DNA from: Eledone cirrhosa | Taxonomy: Eukaryota | NCBI GenBank assembly: GCA_964016885.1 | Contig: OZ024742.1 | Span: 297,414,001-297,478,000, forward strand | Length of the DNA: 64,000 bases | Direction of reading: 5' to 3' | Part shown: positions 24,176-34,800 of the stretch, piece by piece | Numbering within the stretch: position 1 is the stretch's first letter | Layout: each line of letters begins with the position of its first letter | The notes under the pieces: model-generated | Told to the model about the DNA's origin: nothing | Databases searched by the model: none | Seen by the model: the letters and a program-made list of their open reading frames with translations, nothing else | Made by a program: the position numbers and the translations under genes

Positions 24176-25193
24176 TTATGAAATGGATAAATATCACTAT
24201 GGAGTGATACAGAAAACTACTCAGATATGTCTAACATAAACAAACAAGATGATAAAGCAGTTGGACAAAGAACTCCAGGCTGCTTTAATAATATTTGATT
24301 TTTGCCTTATAAAACTTTACTCCTTTAATTACCATATTTCTAATGAAAATCACTGCCTATGATCTTCAATTACTCTCAGGTCTCAAATAATGGGGGCACG
24401 TTTGGAAGAAACATGGTGGGATGGTAAAATAAGCAGGATAGTTGTAAAAAGAGGGGTGTTGGAAAATCGGTAATTTTTTTAGGTTGTCTCCATTGATTTT
24501 TTTTAAAAACCAGAATTAGTTATTTAGTTTTTTTAATATATAAAGAAAATGAATTATCATAGCTACTACTGAAAATGAAATTTCACTTGAGATAGATAAA
24601 CAAAATTTAATAAGCGTGGTAACTGGAAAAGCATGAAAAGCAAAGTTAGCTGGAACATATATGGTAAAACATTCTATTCAATGTTCTAACAATTCATCCC
24701 CTTATTTCATATTTATACTTCTTCAATAACTGTTTCTAATTTAGGTAGAAGCTCATCAATTTGGTGAAGAGAAACAGTTGATTATATAAACCCCACCCCG
24801 TAATTGACTGATACATTATTTTATCGATCATAAAAGGATAAAAAGCGAAGTTAATCTAAACTGAGAATATAAAGAGTCAGAACAAATACTGCAAGGCATT
24901 TGATGTACTAATGATTGTGTCAATCCACTATCTTAGACAAATTATTTTAAAACCTTCCATTTCAAATAAATGCATTTCCAACAATTATCGTAAATATTTC
25001 AAATGTTTCAAATAAATTGTAAAGCACTTTTCATAATGTTAGTTTCATTCCTCCTGAACCTTCCTCCCTCAAATATCATTCACATACAAAATAGTACATC
25101 TCATTCCAAACCTGCTTCCGTTTTCTTCATGGGATAAAGCTTTAACCATGAAAATACAATAGTATATATAGAGTAATGTAAATAGTAAAGGGT

Positions 25194-25204
25194 TAATCAT
25201 CATC
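25194..25204. repeat. Left TSD of LINE B (TAATCATCATC)
   Basis: Identical 11-mer at 39686-39696; overlaps the start of the (CAT)n tail. Confidence 0.7.
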
Positions 25205-25499
25205 ATCATCATCATCACCGTTTTACGTCCGTTCTTCCACGCTAGCATGGGTTAGACGGGTTGTCCTGTTGTGGGCAGTGTCTGGTCGGCTGGCCATGCC
25301 TTGCTCATACAGGAACTGATCTGGCTTGATTTCTACAGCTGGATGCCCTTCCTAACACCAACCTCATTTACAGTGAGTGCTGGGTGCTTTTTCGTGGCGC
25401 CTACACGTCCACTTTACAGTGTGGGCTGGGTGCTTTTTTGCCGTGGCACCTCCACGGCCACCTTGCGGTGGAGGGGGGGGGGCATATTGTTTATATGCT

Positions 25500-28400
25500 T
25501 CAGCATGTACCCATGGGAGGTCGGGTACCCTGTATTACTGCGTGACGCCAGAAGTCACGGTCATGTCTCATTGACTTTGAGAGGTGTAGTTGGGTAAGGT
25601 CGGCTTTTATCACCTCATCCCAAGTCATCTTGGGTCTCCCCACTCCGCGGTTTCCATCAACTTCTAGTGCTCTGCACCTTTTTATGCAGCTGTCATCCTT
25701 CATACGCATCACATGTCCATACCAGCGTAACCGCCTCTCCTGCACGCAGCATTTGATTCCTCTTATGCTCAGTCTCTCTCTCAATTCCTTTATGCTTTGT
25801 CGTTCACGTATATTACTGTTACACATCCATCGGAGCATGCAGGCTTCGTTTCTCTCTAATCTACGTAAGTCTTCCACCTTCAGCGCCCAGGTCTCACTAC
25901 CATGCAACATCGCTGTTCGGATACACGCATCATACAGTCTGCCTTTCATTCTGAGGGAGAAGCCTTTTGCAGCTAGCAGTGGTAGTAGTTCCCTAAACTT
26001 CTTCCATCCCGTTCTTACCCTAGTTATTGTACTTTCTGAGCACCCACCTCCGTTGCTAATTCGGTCACCTAGGTAGCAGAAGCTGTCTACTGTTTCTACA
26101 GGGCCCTCCCAGAGATTGGTGGTACTTGTTTCCTGTGGCTGTTTGCTTGCTGTTTCAGCACAGCTGCTGCATGTGAATCCTACATTCTTAATTAAGCTTC
26201 CTGAGATCCCGCTACATCTCTTGTGTACCCATTGTTTGCATTTGGGGCAGAGAATGGAGTTTCTACCTACACCTTTCCTACATACTGAGCAAGGCCATTT
26301 CCCTGAGGGGATCTGGGTTCTGTTTTCTCGTCTACTTACAAGGACCTTAGTCTTTGTCATGTTGACTTTGAGGCCCTTTCTCTCTAGTCCCTGCTTCCAG
26401 GTTTGGAATTTATTCTCTAGTTCTACCATAGATTCAGCTATGAGTGCGAGGTCATCAGCATACAGGAGTTCCCATGGGCATCCGGTCTTAAACTCCTCCG
26501 TTATTGCCTGCAGGACTATGATGAACAGGAGAGGGCTAAGAACAGAGCCCTGGTGGACCCCAACCTGTACGCTAAATTCCTCGCTATACTCATTGCCAAT
26601 CCTAACTTTGCTGACTGCTCCCCTATACATGGCTTGTACCGCTTTCACAAGCCATTCATCTACTCCTAGTTTTCTAAGAGCCCACCAGATTACTGCACGT
26701 GGAACTCTGTCAAAGGCTTTCTCAAGGTCGACAAATGCCAAGTAGAGTGGCTTACTTTTAGCTAGGTACTTTTCCTGTAATTGCCTCACAAGGAAGAGGG
26801 CATCAGTGGTGCCTTTCCCTGGTACAAACCCAAATTGCATCTCGTCTATATTCACCCGGTCCCTAATCAGCTGTGCTATAACTCTTTCTGTTACTTTCAT
26901 GACCTGGTCCATCAACTTTATACCTCTATAGTTTCCTCTATCTAGTGCATCGCCTTTACCTTTGTAGCAGTTGACAATGATGCTACTGCACCAATCTTTT
27001 GGTATGGCCCCCTCTAGTATTACCTGGTTAACGATACGTGTGGTTATAGTGTGACCTACAGACCCAGATGCCTTCAGCATCTCGGCAGCTATACCCGATG
27101 GACCGGTTGCCTTCCCTATCTTCATATCTCTGATTGCCTTACTTACTACGCTGCCGCTGACTTGTACTGCTGGTCCCTCTATAGGGTCTACGTGGGGTAG
27201 GGTCTCTTCTTCCCATGCATTCTCCTCATTTAGTAATCTATCATAATGACTCTTCCATGCATCTTTCTTCTCAGCACTTGTGAGGGCAAGCTCACCTTTA
27301 TCATTCCGGATACACTTCTCTCCAATGACATCACAACTATCTCTGACACACTGCCTCGCAATCTTGAATACCTCCTGTTTCTGGTCCTCACGTTGTAAAA
27401 CATGCTTGAATTTTCTATCCTCTGCTTCCCTCCTAGCTAAGTATACTTGTCGCCTAGCTTCCCTCTTGGTCTCTATGTAATGTACCCTGCTCCCCCCGTT
27501 CTTCCATTCTTTCCATGCCTGTCTCTTGGCCTTGACTGCTTCATCTACCTTATTGTTCCACCACCAAGTCACTCTCCTCCTGCTTGAGGTCTTACTCCAG
27601 CCACAAACCTCATCCGTCGCCTCTAGTAAGTTATTTTTTAGGAACTCCCAGTTCTCTTCTACGTTAAATGTCTCTATCTGTTCTTCTTTACTGTCGTAGG
27701 CGTTGAGTAAAATATCTTTAAGCTTCCAGATCTTTCTTCTCCAGGTTGGCCTCTGTTTCAGGGCTCGTCTAGTTCTGACCGTGAGGTCGCTGACAACTAA
27801 GCTATGTTGGGATGTACATTCCTCACTAGGGAAGGCTTTTGTGTTTACGACCGTCCATCTGTCACGTCCTCTGATGAGGATAAAATCTAACTGACTAGAG
27901 TGCTCCCCTGATCTATAGGTGATCAGGTGGTTGTCGGGTTTTTTAAAGTTTGTGTTACATATCGACATGTCATTGGCGTCGCAGAATTCTAGAAGTCTGA
28001 ATCCTTCCTCATTCCTTGTGCCAACTCCATGGCCTCCATGTACTCTATTGAAGCCGTCGCAGTGTTTACCTACGTGTCCGTTAAAATCTCCTGCAATGAT
28101 TAGGAAGTCCTTGTCGTCTGTTAGAGCAGTAGTGTGTATTAGGGACTCGTAAAACCTATCCTTAAGTTCGTCTGGCAGCCCCGATTGGGGTGCGTAAGCT
28201 GATATTATTGTGGTAATTGTCTTATTCAGGACTAGTCTAAGTTTAATGATTCTTGCATTTACCCTGTACACTGAGATTACTTTATCTACCCACTTGTCAG
28301 CTAATAGTATACCTACACCACCCATCCCATCGTCATTTCCCACCCAGAAAAATTTGTAGCACAGGCTTTTTCCTACAAGGACTCTAGCAGACCCTCCTCT

Positions 28401-28592
28401 CCATCTAGTCTCTTGCACACAGCATACATCAACTTCCTTTCGCTCTAGCATTTCTACGATTTCTCCTGCTCTTCCTTTCATTGAGCCTACATTGATGGTA
28501 CCAACTCGGAGTTTTGGGCATTTGTCGACACTCGTAGGGGAGGGTCTCTGGGTTGGCGCTTCACGTGGGTGCTTGGTAGCTCGCAGATTCAT
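25500..28592 (-). CDS. RTE-clade APE endonuclease-reverse transcriptase, 1030 aa, with PHD-like finger
   Basis: EN motifs VGTINV, VQETRW, SAYAPQ, AGDFNGHVG, LDFIL, SQH. RT motifs NYRGIKL, QFGF, FVDLEKAFDRV, GVHQGSVLSPLLF, LYADD, FCYLG. RTE C-terminus RRLRWYGHV..GRPKMTW. Confidence 0.97.
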   Translation of the reverse strand: MNLRATKHPREAPTQRPSPTSVDKCPKLRVGTINVGSMKGRAGEIVEMLERKEVDVCCVQETRWRGGSARVLVGKSLCYKFFWVGNDDGMGGVGILLADKWVDKVISVYRVNARIIKLRLVLNKTITTIISAYAPQSGLPDELKDRFYESLIHTTALTDDKDFLIIAGDFNGHVGKHCDGFNRVHGGHGVGTRNEEGFRLLEFCDANDMSICNTNFKKPDNHLITYRSGEHSSQLDFILIRGRDRWTVVNTKAFPSEECTSQHSLVVSDLTVRTRRALKQRPTWRRKIWKLKDILLNAYDSKEEQIETFNVEENWEFLKNNLLEATDEVCGWSKTSSRRRVTWWWNNKVDEAVKAKRQAWKEWKNGGSRVHYIETKREARRQVYLARREAEDRKFKHVLQREDQKQEVFKIARQCVRDSCDVIGEKCIRNDKGELALTSAEKKDAWKSHYDRLLNEENAWEEETLPHVDPIEGPAVQVSGSVVSKAIRDMKIGKATGPSGIAAEMLKASGSVGHTITTRIVNQVILEGAIPKDWCSSIIVNCYKGKGDALDRGNYRGIKLMDQVMKVTERVIAQLIRDRVNIDEMQFGFVPGKGTTDALFLVRQLQEKYLAKSKPLYLAFVDLEKAFDRVPRAVIWWALRKLGVDEWLVKAVQAMYRGAVSKVRIGNEYSEEFSVQVGVHQGSVLSPLLFIIVLQAITEEFKTGCPWELLYADDLALIAESMVELENKFQTWKQGLERKGLKVNMTKTKVLVSRRENRTQIPSGKWPCSVCRKGVGRNSILCPKCKQWVHKRCSGISGSLIKNVGFTCSSCAETASKQPQETSTTNLWEGPVETVDSFCYLGDRISNGGGCSESTITRVRTGWKKFRELLPLLAAKGFSLRMKGRLYDACIRTAMLHGSETWALKVEDLRRLERNEACMLRWMCNSNIRERQSIKELRERLSIRGIKCCVQERRLRWYGHVMRMKDDSCIKRCRALEVDGNRGVGRPKMTWDEVIKADLTQLHLSKSMRHDRDFWRHAVIQGTRPPMGTC

Positions 28593-28832
28593 ATTTCATC
28601 TATTGATTCAGAGTTGCTCGTGTATTCCCAGCTCATCCATCCATAACGGTGGGAAAATTGAGGGCTAGAAGAACAGTGGTGGTGGGGTAATGGCAGGGTG
28701 TGTTGGGATGCGCCAGAGGAGGAGAGAGTTAGTTAGGCAGGTAGTAGCAGCAGCAGTGGAAATGGCATGCTAGGTTTGATTGGTCGAATAGACTATGGTG
28801 GTGTGTGGGGGTGGGGGGGAGGGAAATTGTGA

Positions 28833-31800
28833 GGTAGGAACTGAGGGTCGCATGGTAAATATCCAAGTTAATACTACATCAGTAAAATTAACAATAATAA
28901 CGTCATGAAAAAAACTACTAAGAGAAACACTAGAAAATTTATCGCTAATACAGCAGGGAAAATTTAACGCTAATACAGCAGGGAACATCATAATATTAAC
29001 GACAATATGTAGGCTAAAATACCTTCGTAGATTAGATGGATGGCTGGAATAATTGGAGTCAGCTCTAGTGGTACATTTTAGCAGAGAAGAATGGGAAAGT
29101 ATCTTATCTCTTCAATATTTTCAGATTGAATGAATTAGGTTAAAGACAGGGTAGTAAGCCTTAAAGAAGTGCATAGAGAGGGGGGGGGTAGGAACTGAGG
29201 GTCGCATGGTAAATAACTGAGAGAGATACAATAGGATTAGAATACCGCATGGTAAATATCCAAGTTAATACTACATCAGTAAAATTAACAATAATAACGT
29301 CATGAAAAAAACTACTAAGAGAAACCCTAGAAAATTTATCGCTAATACAGCAGGGAAAATTTAACGCTAATACAGCAGGGAACATCATAATATTAACGAC
29401 AATATGTAGGCTAAAATACCTTCGTAGATTAGATGGATGGCTGGAATAATTGGAGTCAGCTCTAGTGGTACATTTTAGCAGAGAAGAATGGGAAAGTATC
29501 TTATCTCTTCAATATTTTCAGATTGAATGAATTAGGTTAAAGACAGGGTAGTAAGCCTTAAAGAAGTGCATAGAGAGGGGGGGTAGGAACTGAGGGTCGC
29601 ATGGTAAATAACTGAGAGAGATACAATAGGATTAGAATACCGCATGGTAAATATCCAAGTTAATACTACATCAGTAAAATTAACAATAATAACGTCATGA
29701 AAAAAACTACTAAGAGAAACCCTAGAAAATTTATCGCTAATACAGCAGGGAAAATTTAACGCTAATACAGCAGGGAACATCATAATATTAACGACAATAT
29801 GTAGGCTAAAATACCTTCGTAGATTAGATGGATGGCTGGAATAATTGGAGTCAGCTCTAGTGGTACATTTTAGCAGAGAAGAATGGGAAAGTATCTTATC
29901 TCTTCAATATTTTCAGATTGAATGAATTAGGTTAAAGACAGGGTAGTAAGCCTTAAAGAAGTGCATAGAGAGGGGGGGTAGGAACTGAGGGTCGCATGGT
30001 AAATAACTGAGAGAGATACAATAGGATTAGAATACCGCATGGTAAATATCCAAGTTAATACTACATCAGTAAAATTAACAATAATAACGTCATGAAAAAA
30101 ACTACTAAGAGAAACCCTAGAAAATTTATCGCTAATACAGCAGGGAAAATTTAACGCTAATACAGCAGGGAACATCATAATATTAACGACAATATGTAGG
30201 CTAAAATACCTTCGTAGATTAGATGGATGGCTGGAATAATTGGAGTCAGCTCTAGTGGTACATTTTAGCAGAGAAGAATGGGAAAGTATCTTATCTCTTC
30301 AATATTTTCAGATTGAATGAATTAGGTTAAAGACAGGGTAGTAAGCCTTAAAGAAGTGCATAGAGAGGGGGGGTAGGAACTGAGGGTCGCATGGTAAATA
30401 ACTGAGAGAGATACAATAGGATTAGAATACCGCATGGTAAATATCCAAGTTAATACTACATCAGTAAAATTAACAATAATAACGTCATGAAAAAAACTAC
30501 TAAGAGAAACCCTAGAAAATTTATCGCTAATACAGCAGGGAAAATTTAACGCTAATACAGCAGGGAACATCATAATATTAACGACAATATGTAGGCTAAA
30601 ATACCTTCGTAGATTAGATGGATGGCTGGAATAATTGGAGTCAGCTCTAGTGGTACATTTTAGCAGAGAAGAATGGGAAAGTATCTTATCTCTTCAATAT
30701 TTTCAGATTGAATGAATTAGGTTAAAGACAGGGTAGTAAGCCTTAAAGAAGTGCATAGAGAGGGGGGGTAGGAACTGAGGGTCGCATGGTAAATAACTGA
30801 GAGAGATACAATAGGATTAGAATACCGCATGGTAAATATCCAAGTTAATACTACATCAGTAAAATTAACAATAATAACGTCATGAAAAAAACTACTAAGA
30901 GAAACCCTAGAAAATTTATCGCTAATACAGCAGGGAAAATTTAACGCTAATACAGCAGGGAACATCATAATATTAACGACAATATGTAGGCTAAAATACC
31001 TTCGTAGATTAGATGGATGGCTGGAATAATTGGAGTCAGCTCTAGTGGTACATTTTAGCAGAGAAGAATGGGAAAGTATCTTATCTCTTCAATATTTTCA
31101 GATTGAATGAATTAGGTTAAAGACAGGGTAGTAAGCCTTAAAGAAGTGCATAGCGAGGGGGGGGGGGGTAGGAACTGAGGGTCGCATGGTAAATAACTGA
31201 GAGAGATACAATAGGATTAGAATACCGCATGGTAAATATCCAAGTTAATACTACATCAGTAAAATTAACAATAATAACGTCATGAAAAAAACTACTAAGA
31301 GAAACCCTAGAAAATTTATCGCTAATACAGCAGGGAAAATTTAACGCTAATACAGCAGGGAACATCATAATATTAACGACAATATGTAGGCTAAAATACC
31401 TTCGTAGATTAGATGGATGGCTGGAATAATTGGAGTCAGCTCTAGTGGTACATTTTAGCAGAGAAGAATGGGAAAGTATCTTATCTCTTCAATATTTTCA
31501 GATTGAATGAATTAGGTTAAAGACAGGGTAGTAAGCCTTAAAGAAGTGCATAGAGAGGGGGGGGTAGGAACTGAGGGTCGCATGGTAAATAACTGAGAGA
31601 GATACAATAGGATTAGAATACCGCATGGTAAATATCCAAGTTAATACTACATCAGTAAAATTAACAATAATAACGTCATGAAAAAAACTACTAAGAGAAA
31701 CCCTAGAAAATTTATCGCTAATACAGCAGGGAAAATTTAACGCTAATACAGCAGGGAACATCATAATATTAACGACAATATGTAGGCTAAAATACCTTCG

Positions 31801-34800
31801 TAGATTAGATGGATGGCTGGAATAATTGGAGTCAGCTCTAGTGGTACATTTTAGCAGAGAAGAATGGGAAAGTATCTTATCTCTTCAATATTTTCAGATT
31901 GAATGAATTAGGTTAAAGACAGGGTAGTAAGCCTTAAAGAAGTGCATAGAGAGGGGGGGGGTAGGAACTGAGGGTCGCATGGTAAATAACTGAGAGAGAT
32001 ACAATAGGATTAGAATACCGCATGGTAAATATCCAAGTTAATACTACATCAGTAAAATTAACAATAATAACGTCATGAAAAAAACTACTAAGAGAAACCC
32101 TAGAAAATTTATCGCTAATACAGCAGGGAAAATTTAACGCTAATACAGCAGGGAACATCATAATATTAACGACAATATGTAGGCTAAAATACCTTCGTAG
32201 ATTAGATGGATGGCTGGAATAATTGGAGTCAGCTCTAGTGGTACATTTTAGCAGAGAAGAATGGGAAAGTATCTTATCTCTTCAATATTTTCAGATTGAA
32301 TGAATTAGGTTAAAGACAGGGTAGTAAGCCTTAAAGAAGTGCATAGAGAGGGGGGGGGGGGTAGGAACTGAGGGTCGCATGGTAAATAACTGAGAGAGAT
32401 ACAATAGGATTAGAATACCGCATGGTAAATATCCAAGTTAATACTACATCAGTAAAATTAACAATAATAACGTCATGAAAAAAACTACTAAGAGAAACCC
32501 TAGAAAATTTATCGCTAATACAGCAGGGAAAATTTAACGCTAATACAGCAGGGAACATCATAATATTAACGACAATATGTAGGCTAAAATACCTTCGTAG
32601 ATTAGATGGATGGCTGGAATAATTGGAGTCAGCTCTAGTGGTACATTTTAGCAGAGAAGAATGGGAAAGTATCTTATCTCTTCAATATTTTCAGATTGAA
32701 TGAATTAGGTTAAAGACAGGGTAGTAAGCCTTAAAGAAGTGCATAGAGAGGGGGGGGGTAGGAACTGAGGGTCGCATGGTAAATAACTGAGAGAGATACA
32801 ATAGGATTAGAATACCGCATGGTAAATATCCAAGTTAATACTACATCAGTAAAATTAACAATAATAACGTCATGAAAAAAACTACTAAGAGAAACCCTAG
32901 AAAATTTATCGCTAATACAGCAGGGAAAATTTAACGCTAATACAGCAGGGAACATCATAATATTAACGACAATATGTAGGCTAAAATACCTTCGTAGATT
33001 AGATGGATGGCTGGAATAATTGGAGTCAGCTCTAGTGGTACATTTTAGCAGAGAAGAATGGGAAAGTATCTTATCTCTTCAATATTTTCAGATTGAATGA
33101 ATTAGGTTAAAGACAGGGTAGTAAGCCTTAAAGAAGTGCATAGAGAGGGGGGGGGGTAGGAACTGAGGGTCGCATGGTAAATAACTGAGAGAGATACAAT
33201 AGGATTAGAATACCGCATGGTAAATATCCAAGTTAATACTACATCAGTAAAATTAACAATAATAACGTCATGAAAAAAACTACTAAGAGAAACCCTAGAA
33301 AATTTATCGCTAATACAGCAGGGAAAATTTAACGCTAATACAGCAGGGAACATCATAATATTAACGACAATATGTAGGCTAAAATACCTTCGTAGATTAG
33401 ATGGATGGCTGGAATAATTGGAGTCAGCTCTAGTGGTACATTTTAGCAGAGAAGAATGGGAAAGTATCTTATCTCTTCAATATTTTCAGATTGAATGAAT
33501 TAGGTTAAAGACAGGGTAGTAAGCCTTAAAGAAGTGCATAGAGAGGGGGGGGGGGTAGGAACTGAGGGTCGCATGGTAAATAACTGAGAGAGATACAATA
33601 GGATTAGAATACCGCATGGTAAATATCCAAGTTAATACTACATCAGTAAAATTAACAATAATAACGTCATGAAAAAAACTACTAAGAGAAACCCTAGAAA
33701 ATTTATCGCTAATACAGCAGGGAAAATTTAACGCTAATACAGCAGGGAACATCATAATATTAACGACAATATGTAGGCTAAAATACCTTCGTAGATTAGA
33801 TGGATGGCTGGAATAATTGGAGTCAGCTCTAGTGGTACATTTTAGCAGAGAAGAATGGGAAAGTATCTTATCTCTTCAATATTTTCAGATTGAATGAATT
33901 AGGTTAAAGACAGGGTAGTAAGCCTTAAAGAAGTGCATAGAGAGGGGGGGGGGTAGGAACTGAGGGTCGCATGGTAAATAACTGAGAGAGATACAATAGG
34001 ATTAGAATACCGCATGGTAAATATCCAAGTTAATACTACATCAGTAAAATTAACAATAATAACGTCATGAAAAAAACTACTAAGAGAAACCCTAGAAAAT
34101 TTATCGCTAATACAGCAGGGAAAATTTAACGCTAATACAGCAGGGAACATCATAATATTAACGACAATATGTAGGCTAAAATACCTTCGTAGATTAGATG
34201 GATGGCTGGAATAATTGGAGTCAGCTCTAGTGGTACATTTTAGCAGAGAAGAATGGGAAAGTATCTTATCTCTTCAATATTTTCAGATTGAATGAATTAG
34301 GTTAAAGACAGGGTAGTAAGCCTTAAAGAAGTGCATAGAGAGGGGGGGGTAGGAACTGAGGGTCGCATGGTAAATAACTGAGAGAGATACAATAGGATTA
34401 GAATACCGCATGGTAAATATCCAAGTTAATACTACATCAGTAAAATTAACAATAATAACGTCATGAAAAAAACTACTAAGAGAAACCCTAGAAAATTTAT
34501 CGCTAATACAGCAGGGAAAATTTAACGCTAATACAGCAGGGAACATCATAATATTAACGACAATATGTAGGCTAAAATACCTTCGTAGATTAGATGGATG
34601 GCTGGAATAATTGGAGTCAGCTCTAGTGGTACATTTTAGCAGAGAATAATGGGAAAGTATCTTATCTCTTCAATATTTTCAGATTGAATGAATTAGGTTA
34701 AAGACAGGGTAGTAAGCCTTAAAGAAGTGCATAGAGAGGGGGGGGTAGGAACTGAGGGTCGCATGGTAAATAACTGAGAGAGATACAATAGGATTAGAAT

